From the IMG/VR virus record IMGVR_UViG_3300045988_082515: a stretch of DNA of 29,554 nucleotides, one strand, 5' to 3'. A program made the position numbers and the translations under genes. The stretch's first letter is position 1. Every line of letters starts with the position of its first letter. Below the pieces are notes generated by a model, which did no database searches, had not been told where the DNA came from, and was given only the letters and a program-made list of their open reading frames with translations. This document shows, piece after piece, positions 20,886 through 28,978 of the stretch. This DNA comes from a virus.

Positions 20886-21541
20886 TGGAAAATAAATTAA
20901 ACTGGTTTGGAAAGGTATTAGAATGAGTAGATAAATATGGATTACTAAAGATATTTAAAGCAGGGATTGGATTAATATTTATATCCTATGTAATGGTTAT
21001 TACACTTAATCCATCTATTGTTTATAATAAGGTTGTAACCTATATTGAACAAACTCACAATTCTAAAACTATTGCAAGAAATGAAGCAACTTTAAAGATT
21101 AAATATAAGCTTAAAGAATTGCTTCAAAGTACCAATGCTGATAGAGCTTGGGTTATTGAATATCATAATGGAACTACTGGATTAGGAGGACTTCCATTTA
21201 CTTATGGAGTAATGAATGCAGAGGAAGTAAAACCAGGAATAAGATCTGTAAGTAGCCATTATAAAGATTTCCTGTTATCTGACTATACTTCAATTATAGA
21301 GTTTTCTAAGAATGATGGATGGTTTGGTAATATAGATAGTTTAGAAGCAGATGATCCAAGATTATATTATGCATTTAAATCCAACAGAGTGAATGAAATA
21401 GCAGTATTTTATTTAAAGACTGAGGATAAAGATATTGGCATTTTAGGTTTGTCATTCTGTGATACACCTATGCCTTATGATACTTGAGTACATCTAAGAA
21501 GAGCTGGAATACAGATAAGTATAATTTTAAATAAAATATAA
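20885..21541 (+). CDS. Membrane-anchored GAF-like domain protein in the lysis cassette.
   Basis: ATG 20885 overlaps the HEG stop (TAATG). It is in the frame of track ORF 20993, with TGA at 20924 and 21485. N-terminal TM segment LLKIFKAGIGLIFISYVMVITL. ...NADRAWVIEYHNG...IDSLEADDPRLYYAFKSNRVNEIAVFYLKTEDKDIGILGLSF fits the GAF fold sequence pattern. Confidence 0.6.
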
Positions 21542-21542
21542 T

Positions 21543-21701
21543 ATGAAATATTGGTTAAAATATGTAATAGTAGTTGTACTATTAATGATTGCATTTTTGC
21601 TAATTAAAGTAATTCCTTTTTGGATTACTATTAGTTTAACGTTATTTGGAGCAGTGTGCTATTTTATTTACCTTTATAAACTGCATAATTCATATAAATA
21701 A
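21543..21701 (+). CDS. Holin candidate (52 aa, two TM segments).
   Basis: MKYWLKYVIVVVLLMIAFLLIKVIPFWITISLTLFGAVCYFIYLYKLHNSYK. It has two hydrophobic helices and a charged C-terminus. Its stop overlaps the endolysin start (TAATG). The ORF track does not list it because it is too short. Confidence 0.6.
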   Translation: MKYWLKYVIVVVLLMIAFLLIKVIPFWITISLTLFGAVCYFIYLYKLHNSYK

Positions 21702-22153
21702 TGAAGTATTTCACACTCGAAGAATTAACAAGATCTGATACTGCTTCAATTAAGCATATAGATAACACTCCAGATGAGAGTATAACAGAGCACCTGATAG
21801 AGTTGGTCGAGAAGCTTTTAGACCCAATAAGAGAGAGATGGGCAAAGTATTGTGATGACAATCAGCTTGGCAATGCAGGCATCAGGATTTCCTCTGGTTT
21901 TAGAAATAAGGAGCTTAATAAAGCAGTAGGAGGATCTTCAACTTCTGCTCATTTAACAGGGTATGCAGCAGATATATCTCCAATTAATGGTAATATGAAA
22001 GTATTCCAAAGTTGGATTGCTGAAGCTATCGAAGAATTAAATTGAGACCAGTTGATATATGAAAAGCCTAAGAATGGTATAGCAAGTTGAATACACTTGG
22101 GATTAAAGAATAAAGACGGGATGCAAAGACGACAGAAATTTACTATTATATAA
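21701..22153 (+). CDS. Endolysin, peptidase M15 (D-Ala-D-Ala carboxypeptidase-like) family.
   Basis: SGFRNKELNKAVGGSSTSAHLTGYAADI carries the SxHxxGxAxD zinc-ligand motif. It continues through TGA 22043 and 22088 as N[W]DQLIYEKPKNGIAS[W]IHLG, matching the family's FDQLIxE ... WxH C-terminal motif. 150 aa, TAA 22151-22153. Confidence 0.85.
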
Positions 22154-22155
22154 TT

Positions 22156-22494
22156 ATGGATTCCAAATCAAGTAAATTGCTTCATAAGACTAAGAGGAAA
22201 GTAAGAAGTGAAGAATATTTAAAGTACCAGAGATATATCCGCTCAAAGGAATTTAAGGCGATTAGAGAGCAAGTTTTGTTGAGGGATAACTACCACTGCC
22301 AAACTTGTAATTGGTGCGTTGAGGAAGGCGGAAACAGGTCATTATCGGTACATCATAAGAGGTATGACAATTTATATGAGGAGCAAGACCATTTGGAAGA
22401 TTTGATAACATTATGTTCAGTATGTCATAAAGCTATACATTCAGCAGTAAGTAATTATCAGAGGTTTAATAAAAAAGAAAAGGAGGGCAAATAA
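22156..22494 (+). CDS. HNH endonuclease (HEG 4).
   Basis: CQTCNWC...SVHHKRYDN...LCSVCHKAIH provides the HNH motif and zinc-finger cysteines. Confidence 0.85.
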   Translation: MDSKSSKLLHKTKRKVRSEEYLKYQRYIRSKEFKAIREQVLLRDNYHCQTCNWCVEEGGNRSLSVHHKRYDNLYEEQDHLEDLITLCSVCHKAIHSAVSNYQRFNKKEKEGK

Positions 22495-22506
22495 CCCTCC
22501 TTTTTG
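22481..22506. terminator. Bidirectional terminator between convergent transcription units.
   Basis: Stem aggaggg (22481-22487) pairs with ccctcct (22495-22501). An A-run lies upstream and TTTTTG downstream. It sits between the plus-strand HNH gene and the last minus-strand ORF. Confidence 0.7.
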
Positions 22507-22507
22507 T

Positions 22508-22648
22508 TTATTCCATTATCTCAAATAATTTCTCATCTTTAGGTATTAATTCTCCAGTTTGTAAATCTACTAAGAATTTACTATTTTCAGGAATTACATA
22601 AACGTAATTTATTCCATTTAAGCATAATTTATATGTAAAGTACTTCAT
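22508..22648 (-). CDS. Hypothetical small protein (46 aa).
   Basis: ATG at 22648, TAA at 22508-22510 (minus strand): MKYFTYKLCLNGINYVYVIPENSKFLVDLQTGELIPKDEKLFEIME. Tightly spaced after the upstream ORF. Confidence 0.45.
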   Translation of the reverse strand: MKYFTYKLCLNGINYVYVIPENSKFLVDLQTGELIPKDEKLFEIME

Positions 22649-22649
22649 A

Positions 22650-22784
22650 TTAGTCAATATATGTTGCGTTAGGAATCTCTGGTTTTTCTTCTACTTCTTC
22701 CCAAACTAACCCTTTGTTTTGGTTTTCTAATTGAACTATTCTATATTCTAGTTCTTTAAGTTTTTTAAATAAAAAATCATCCAT
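22650..22784 (-). CDS. Hypothetical small protein (44 aa).
   Basis: ATG at 22784, stop at 22650-22652 (minus strand): MDDFLFKKLKELEYRIVQLENQNKGLVWEEVEEKPEIPNATYID. Confidence 0.45.
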   Translation of the reverse strand: MDDFLFKKLKELEYRIVQLENQNKGLVWEEVEEKPEIPNATYID

Positions 22785-22786
22785 AA

Positions 22787-22999
22787 TTAATCAAATTTTG
22801 AAATAAATGTAAAATCTCTTTGTGCTAATACTCTATCTATAATATCTCCTAATTTCTTAGAATTCTCTTTAAATTCATTCATTCACTTATCAAACTCCTT
22901 AATAGTATCTTCTGACTTTTTAAGAGTTTCTTTAATATCCGCAATTCTATTTAAATATGAATCTTGGTCTAATAATAATGTATCCTTTGCTTCTAACAT
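22787..22999 (-). CDS. Hypothetical coiled-coil protein (70 aa) overlapping the helicase 3' end.
   Basis: ATG at 22999 lies inside the helicase codons GAT-GTT, in the +1 frame. One TGA (22883-22885) and TAA at 22787-22789: MLEAKDTLLLDQDSYLNRIADIKETLKKSEDTIKEFDK[W]MNEFKENSKKLGDIIDRVLAQRDFTFISKFD. Confidence 0.45.
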
Positions 23000-24665
23000 C
23001 CTTTTCAGTTTTAGTTGATTTTCTAACTTCAAAATAGTGTTCAATATCTGTTGCCTTTGCAGTTTTCTTTATACCTAAAGTCTTATATACATCAGCAATC
23101 TTATTCTTTAATAAAGCTAAACTGTAGAACATACCATTCTGAATATCTCTTGTAAGTAATTTGGCAACCTTATTTGGCATATTTTTATCTGATATTTTAA
23201 CAAGCTCCTCTTTAATATCTTTAATGCAATAACCCAAAGTTGCCATTCTTTCAAATCCCAGTTTATTAATTGCATCATTTAACCAAGGATATTTAATTAG
23301 AGCTTCATTTAATATAGGAGTCCCAACTTTAAATTTAGTTTCCCATTCAGCTCTTACATCTTTAATAAGCTCCTGAAACGACTTACTTGGAGCTTCAAGG
23401 TCTATCTTAATAGATTTATCTTCACATTCAGCAACCTTTATAAAGCCATTCTTTAAATATTCATTAGTAAGATTAACTCTTACAGAATATAAACCTCTTG
23501 CAACCTTAAAATTGAATATATCTACTTTAGCCATATTTGGGTCAAATTCAAAGGTATAATCCTCATTAATTTGAATGTATGTATCACTTGTAAAGTCTGT
23601 AATCTTCTTACGAGCTACTTCTGGAAGCTGATTGTATGATTCAACTGCAATCTTTGTTTCTTCAATATTCTTTAATGTATTATTTTTAAATGTGTCATAA
23701 TCTATTTCTGCATATCTTGTGGCTGAATAAAGATGAGTAATCCAATTTAAATATTTACTATTTCTAATTCTACCAGCAATCTGTTGAATTGAAGTAGATA
23801 TATCTAAAAGAGTCTGAGCTTTAGAGGAATCACTAACTACAATAATTCTTCCATTTTCATCATAAATATCAGAACCTTCAAATACAGTAGAAGTCAATAA
23901 ATTAATCTTCTTAGGTTCATCATTTACTGAAGAATTCTGAATTGGTAGTTTAGTTCTATTATTCTTAGAATATACTACTCTTGTGTTATCTGCTGTAAGT
24001 TTAGCCTTTAAAATAAGGTTCTTTATAAAGTCAACAGAGTTAACAAATATATAAGCATTACCTTCAACATTCCCACTTAAAAATCCATTTATAAGCTTAA
24101 TTGTAGAAGCTTCTACATTCTTGCATTTAACAGTCTGAACTTTAGTCTCAATAACATCATCCCATTCTTGTCTTACTAATGGCAGTTTAGACAATTCATC
24201 TAAAACAAATTCATCTTCTAAGGGAGTAGCAGTCATAAATGTATATTCTTTAAATAGACTATATGTCTTTAATACATCTTTAATTGCATCTCTTCTAAGA
24301 CTATATTGATTAAATAGTATATGATATTCATCAATTAATAAGCTATAATCTTTAGGATTTACTGCTTCTATTACTTTATAAAGAGAATTATAAGTAACAA
24401 TGATTTTAGGGCATTTAACTGAAGATATATAAGCTTCAATATCTGTCTTAGTAATACCTTGATAAACTCCAAAAATAGGCTCTTTACGTCTTTCATTAGG
24501 ATATTGAGCAAGTTTATTCTCAACTAAACTTACAAATGGAACACATATAACATAAGGCTTATCACACTCTAAAGCCATTGAAGTTCCACCACATCCTACT
24601 TTACCTTTGTCAAATAAGCAGTTAGTAGGTAATTCATTGATTAAATTATTTAAATAAGTTTTCAT
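22947..24665 (-). CDS. SF2 (DExH-type, DEYH box) helicase, putative replication helicase.
   Basis: Intact 572-aa ORF ending in TAG. Motifs are KGKVGCGGTS (P-loop-like), LLIDEYH (motif II) and MTATP (motif III). No TGA, and four Trp all encoded by TGG. Confidence 0.6.
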   Translation of the reverse strand: MKTYLNNLINELPTNCLFDKGKVGCGGTSMALECDKPYVICVPFVSLVENKLAQYPNERRKEPIFGVYQGITKTDIEAYISSVKCPKIIVTYNSLYKVIEAVNPKDYSLLIDEYHILFNQYSLRRDAIKDVLKTYSLFKEYTFMTATPLEDEFVLDELSKLPLVRQEWDDVIETKVQTVKCKNVEASTIKLINGFLSGNVEGNAYIFVNSVDFIKNLILKAKLTADNTRVVYSKNNRTKLPIQNSSVNDEPKKINLLTSTVFEGSDIYDENGRIIVVSDSSKAQTLLDISTSIQQIAGRIRNSKYLNWITHLYSATRYAEIDYDTFKNNTLKNIEETKIAVESYNQLPEVARKKITDFTSDTYIQINEDYTFEFDPNMAKVDIFNFKVARGLYSVRVNLTNEYLKNGFIKVAECEDKSIKIDLEAPSKSFQELIKDVRAEWETKFKVGTPILNEALIKYPWLNDAINKLGFERMATLGYCIKDIKEELVKISDKNMPNKVAKLLTRDIQNGMFYSLALLKNKIADVYKTLGIKKTAKATDIEHYFEVRKSTKTEKDVRSKGYIIIRPRFIFK

Positions 24666-24699
24666 AATAGTAATTTTTAATAAGTTAATAAATTTTATA

Positions 24700-24749
24700 T
24701 GTAACTTTTTTTATTTATCTTACTACAAAATATTAGTAAAAAAGTTACA
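24700..24749 (+). repeat. Conserved palindromic intergenic element, copy C, in the helicase 5' leader.
   Basis: Perfect 12-bp arms TGTAACTTTTTT (24700-24711) and AAAAAAGTTACA (24738-24749). The 26-nt loop is tatttatcttactacaaaatattagt. Confidence 0.75.
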
Positions 24750-24767
24750 GTAAAGGTTAAAATTAAA

Positions 24768-24784
24768 CTGGGAATTAATCCCAG
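24768..24784 (-). terminator. Short hairpin with a T-rich tail on the minus strand. Candidate terminator or attenuator in the helicase leader.
   Basis: ctggga-attaa-tcccag forms a 6-bp GC-rich stem. On the minus strand it is followed by tttaatttt. Confidence 0.35.
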
Positions 24785-24816
24785 CTCAATTTTCAATATG
24801 GAAGTAGTTTTAGTTT

Positions 24817-24835
24817 GATAGTACAAATATACAAC
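24817..24835 (-). promoter_or_regulatory. Bacteroidota-type promoter P3 for the helicase operon.
   Basis: The minus strand reads GTTGTATATTTGTACTATC. The -7 box TATATTTG is at 24824-24831. A TTTG (plus-strand caaa, 24852-24855) lies 20 nt upstream. 17/19 identical to P2. Confidence 0.55.
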
Positions 24836-24872
24836 AATTTTTCTCAATCTCCAAATAATTTAAGTATTATTT

Positions 24873-25361
24873 TTAGTAAATTTTTGGTCAAAATTCTAAC
24901 TCACTAAAACTTAGTAGTTTATCTGATTCATATAAATCTAATGCCGATGGTTCCATATAGTAAATTTCAAAACATCTATCAAAAGAGCCTAAGTATTGTC
25001 TCTTTCCCTTAGATACATTATATTTGTTTTCTAAAGTTTGAACTACTATATTTCCGCCTTTATTTTGATTATATCCATTATTTAGGGAATTATATTTAGA
25101 TATATAATATATTTCAAGATTATTTAGCTTTATAATTAAATCTTCTAAATTATCATCTAATTCCTCTAATATTTCTCATTTAAACTTATCTATTCCGTAT
25201 TTTCTAAAAGCGTTATATAATGGATAATTATAAGCTTTATTACTTGGATCTGTACTTACAAACTTATGTTTATTCCATCTTTTGTTAATATTAGTTCTAG
25301 TTTGACCAATATAACACTTATTATTTATTGTATTAGTTATTTTATAAATATACCCTTTCAT
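24873..25361 (-). CDS. GIY-YIG homing endonuclease (HEG 3, 162 aa).
   Basis: Track ORF 25176-25361 (MKGYIYKITNTINNKCYIGQTRTNINKRWNKHKF...) continues through TGA (25176-25178) as ...GIDKFK[W]EILEELDD...YNSLNNGYNQNKGG.... There is a second TGA at 24888-24890 and TAA at 24873-24875. Confidence 0.8.
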
Positions 25362-25371
25362 AGTTTATTAT

Positions 25372-25389
25372 TTTCATAGTGCAAATATA
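25372..25389 (-). promoter_or_regulatory. Promoter-like box P1 for the GIY-YIG gene. Left arm of an 18-bp perfect inverted repeat.
   Basis: The minus strand reads TATATTTGCACTATGAAA, identical to 25457-25474 on the plus strand. The -7 box TAnnTTTG lies 20 nt upstream of ATG 25361. Confidence 0.5.
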
Positions 25390-25456
25390 TGAATAAATTT
25401 TTAATTATGCAAGAAAAATAAATGCAAAAATATTTGGAGATTTAAAAATAATGTTG

Positions 25457-25474
25457 TATATTTGCACTATGAAA
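25457..25474 (+). promoter_or_regulatory. Bacteroidota-type promoter P2 for the rightward early operon. Right arm of the inverted repeat.
   Basis: TATATTTG at 25457-25464 is preceded by TTTG at 25433-25436, a 20-nt spacer. It lies about 46 nt upstream of ATG 25511. Confidence 0.55.
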
Positions 25475-25510
25475 GTAAGACATAATATTAACAATTAAAC
25501 TTTATAAATT

Positions 25511-25750
25511 ATGAAAACTATATTTAAATATGCAATTATTGCAACGATTATTTTAATGGGAATAGCTGGTATTAGAGTATATAATGCTTATGGAGACTAC
25601 CAAACTAAAACATTTGAGCTTAGATTAGAACAGGCAGAACTCCAGCATAAATTAGACTCTGTAATGTGGTATAATCCTGGAAGTTCAGAAGTATCTGAAT
25701 TATATGAACAGTATTGTGATGTAACCTTAAAAATTCATAATATAAGATAA
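25511..25750 (+). CDS. Small membrane-anchored hypothetical protein.
   Basis: Intact 79-aa ORF with N-terminal TM segment YAIIATIILMGIAGI. Confidence 0.55.
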   Translation: MKTIFKYAIIATIILMGIAGIRVYNAYGDYQTKTFELRLEQAELQHKLDSVMWYNPGSSEVSELYEQYCDVTLKIHNIR

Positions 25751-26184
25751 TGAAAACAGATATAAGAAGCTTAGTCTTTATAAAGAATCTATTTAAAGAT
25801 AAATATAATATAGAAATAGAATGATGTAAAGACGATTATTCCAGATATGATGGAACATTTACTTGGAATAATATAGACTATATAATTGAAGTTAAAAGGA
25901 GAAGGTTTAAATCAGATAAATATCCAACTACAATTATAAATAGGGATAAGTTTGATATACTCAGTAAATGTAACTCCATATTAGTCATTATATTTGATGA
26001 TGGAGTTTATATTTATAAAGATGTAAAAAGAGCTTTTATTAAAGATTCAATGAAATATGGAAGAAGTACAACTGATTTTGGAGGAGAATATAAATACTCT
26101 TTAAAAACAGAGTTATCTTTAAAGAAAGCAATTAAATTAGAAATAGACACAACTTTTAGTAATTATATAAGAAATGACGAATAA
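25750..26184 (+). CDS. PD-(D/E)xK nuclease-like protein (144 aa).
   Basis: ATG 25750 overlaps the upstream TAA. One TGA at 25822. ...YSRYDGTFTWNNIDYIIEVKRRRF... fits a D-x(n)-E-x-K nuclease core. Absent from the standard-code track. Confidence 0.45.
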
Positions 26185-26482
26185 TGAAATACTTACCAAA
26201 TATTATGAATTCTGCTTAGAACTAAAGGTTAAATTTGGGATGGATGATGATTGTTTTCAAATCTGTCTACTAGCTTTACTAGAAACAGATAATGCCAAAC
26301 TAAATAGTTTATTGGCCAAAAATGAATTAAAATACTGAATTGTAAGAGTATTTAAAAACAACTGGTTCAGTAAGAATAGCAGATACTATTATACATATAA
26401 ACGATATTATGAAATATTTAAAGAGCCATTAGAACAACAAACGGATAATTTAGAGGATTGGTTAAATGAAGCAGAAGATTAA
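26174..26482 (+). CDS. ECF-type sigma factor, region-2-only polypeptide (102 aa).
   Basis: ATG 26174, TGA at 26336. DDDCFQICLLALLE...LKY[W]IVRVFKNNWFSKNSRYY matches the Sigma70_r2 pattern (D..Qe.fl.l.. ... W L.ria.N...d..R). Confidence 0.5.
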
Positions 26483-26711
26483 TATTGATGATTTATTAAT
26501 TGAGTATAACTTTGAAATAGATACCTTTACAGAGATGGATGATAGATTACTTGCAATTTATCCGAAATGAGAGGCATTAAATAGAGCAGATAAGACTATA
26601 ATTATCTTATATGCTGAATATCGAAGTTATAGAGAAGTTGGGAAGATTTTGGGAATTAGTCATACGACTATTGCCAGGTTTATTAAACAAATAAGAGAGA
26701 GATTATGTTAA
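26466..26711 (+). CDS. Sigma factor region-4-like HTH polypeptide (81 aa).
   Basis: ATG 26466 overlaps the previous ORF by 17 nt. TGA at 26568. LNRADKTIIILYAEYRSYREVGKILGISHTTIARFIKQIRERL matches the Sigma70_r4_2/LuxR-type HTH pattern. Confidence 0.55.
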
Positions 26712-27031
26712 GCATACTTTTTATAGCTATTATTCTTGTCTTCTGCATTGATTTATCTGGAGCTATGGACAAGGCAAATAGATGGGTATGAAGTAAACTA
26801 TATCCTGGAGTTAAATATACTGATTGGTCTATACCTTTATTTGGATGTTCTCTATGCTGCACTTGGTGGGCAAGTTTACTATATATCTTAGTAACTGGAC
26901 AATTAAGCTTCTTAATGATTGCATATATTGCTTTAATTGCATTTATGACTCCAGTTATAAAGGATTGTATGATTCTAATTAAAGATATGATTACCAAACT
27001 AATAGATATAGTTTATAAATACTTGGATTAA
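26705..27031 (+). CDS. Cys/Trp-rich integral membrane protein (108 aa), DUF1360-like.
   Basis: ATG 26705, TGA at 26789, TAA 27029-27031. It has three hydrophobic segments and the motif PLFGCSLCCTWWASLLY. The antisense track ORF 26683-26997 is its shadow. Confidence 0.55.
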
Positions 27032-27053
27032 AAATAATATATTTTAAATAAAA

Positions 27054-27386
27054 ATGAAAGAATTAACAAAAGAACAGTATGAATATTTAAGTAAATTCGA
27101 TAATAGGTTTAAATGTGCTGTTAGAGCTAACTATTGTCGTAATATCCAAAAGGAAGATACTGAAAGGATGAGAGCTATTTATGAGGAACTAATAGAGCAG
27201 CCATATAAAATGAATATAAACTGCGGAACTTGTGTTCTTAACCTTATAAAGAGACTTGGAGTTTACTACTTTGAATATGTTGAAAAACTAAAAACTATTG
27301 AGGATGAAGGAGCAAATAAAGAAGAAAGTAGGGAGACCGAAAAAGGCAGAGGTAGAAAAGGAACAAATAGACGAAGTAAAGACTAA
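27054..27386 (+). CDS. Hypothetical protein with a CxxC motif.
   Basis: Intact 110-aa ORF. Its 3' end overlaps the terS start by about 83 nt, so the basic C-terminal tail may not all be meaningful. Confidence 0.45.
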   Translation: MKELTKEQYEYLSKFDNRFKCAVRANYCRNIQKEDTERMRAIYEELIEQPYKMNINCGTCVLNLIKRLGVYYFEYVEKLKTIEDEGANKEESRETEKGRGRKGTNRRSKD

Positions 27387-27747
27387 ATATCTTTATGCTG
27401 CAAGGTTATTTAACAAAGGATGGTCAAGGAATAAAGTAAGTGAAGAACTCCAAAGTAAATATAATGTAAGCCAATCAACAGCTGCAAGATATATTGGAGA
27501 AGCTTATAAGATAATTGCTGAAAAGAATGATAACCTTATAAAAAATCTTAGACATATACAATTATCAAGATTGGAATCATTACTGGATACTGCTATTAGT
27601 AAGGGAGATATTAGAGCTGCAAATGAGATTATTAAGACTATAAATAGTATGTTTGGATTAAATCAACCTGAGACTATTGTAGCTATTCAGAATAATGAAG
27701 TCCAGTTTAAATTTGGAGATCCAATTAACAATGACAAAAATATATAA
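27304..27747 (+). CDS. terS: Terminase small subunit (putative).
   Basis: ATG 27304. The track start at 27298 is TTG. N-terminal KKKVGRPKK, an HTH-like NVSQSTAARYIGEAY segment, and a position immediately upstream of and overlapping terL. Confidence 0.55.
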   Translation: MKEQIKKKVGRPKKAEVEKEQIDEVKTKYLYAARLFNKGWSRNKVSEELQSKYNVSQSTAARYIGEAYKIIAEKNDNLIKNLRHIQLSRLESLLDTAISKGDIRAANEIIKTINSMFGLNQPETIVAIQNNEVQFKFGDPINNDKNI

Positions 27748-28978
27748 AGGATATAGCCCATTTATCTATCAATTAAAGGTACATACTGCTATGAATGACT
27801 CATATAGGTCTGGTAAAATCTTTACAATTAAAGCAAAGAGACAGGTAGGTAAATCATTCTTAGCAGAAAATGAATTATTGAGATTCGCTATAAATTATCC
27901 TGGGAGTGTTAATTGTATAGTTGAACCAACTCTTGGACAATCTAGAAAGGTATTTAAAGAACTCGTACAAGCTGTTATAGACTCTGATATATTAAGGAGA
28001 AAGAATGAAACCTTATTAGAATTAGAGTTTAATAATGGCAGTTCTATACTATTTAGATCTGGGGAACAAATGGATTCATTACGAGGATTCTCCGTTAGTG
28101 GATTATTAGTACTTGATGAGGCAGCTTATCTTAAAGATGAAGTATTTGAAATTATTAAGCCTACCACTGATGTATGGAATGCTCCAATACTTATAATTAG
28201 TACTCCAAGGTTTAGAGAAGGATTCTTTTATGAATGCTTTAAAAAAGGCTTTGATGGCAATTTTAGCAAATATTATCAATCCTTTGATTGAGCATTAGAA
28301 GATACCTCTGTGCTATTGAGTGAGGATAAACTTGAAATGTATCGCCTTACAACCTCCAAAAATAAATTTAGAACTGAATATCTTGGGGAGTTTGCAGATG
28401 ATGATGGTTGTCTCTTTAATAATATATCTAACTGCATAATTGATAAAAAACCTGAATATCATAATCTTTATATTGGAGTTGACTGGGCTACTGGTTCTGG
28501 TAAAGACTATACTTGTATTACAGCTTTAAATGAAAATGGGCAGATGGTCTTTATAAAGTATTTTAACGACAAAACTCCAACAGAACAAGTTGATTTACTG
28601 ACAAATATATTTACTGAGTATCAGGGATTTATAAAGATAGTTCAAGTCGAACAAAACTCAATAGGTTCAGTGTTTTATGATATTCTTGTAAAAAGGAATC
28701 CTAAATTACGGATAGTTAAGTTTTTAACTACTAATAAGTCTAAAGCAGCTATTGTAAATAAGCTACAAGCTGCATTAGAAAACGAAAAGATTGGTATTTT
28801 AAAGGATGATAAACTATTAAATGAATTAAGACTATATGAAGCCAGTTATAATCCAAAGACTGGAAATGTATCATATAATGCTCCATCTGGCTTTAATGAT
28901 GATACTTGTATATCTTTAATGTTAGCTTATGATGCTTTAAATACAAATAAAGGAACTTATAATATTGCAATTAAATAA
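27731..28978 (+). CDS. terL: Terminase large subunit (415 aa).
   Basis: Track ORFs 27695 and 28310 share frame 2, with TGA at 28289 (SFD[W]ALED). Walker A is KAKRQVGKS and Walker B is LLVLDEAAY. The C-terminal part is nuclease-like (VDWATGSGKDYT...FNDDTCISL). The likely start, ATG 27731, overlaps the terS stop. Confidence 0.85.

Noticed and set aside
27298-27386. A second programmed frameshift joining 27054-27386 to the terS frame.
   Set aside because: There is no slippery heptamer in the overlap. The terS frame has its own ATG (27304) followed by a typical KKKVGRPKK N-terminus. The overlap is better explained by the A-rich sequence keeping the upstream frame open by chance.
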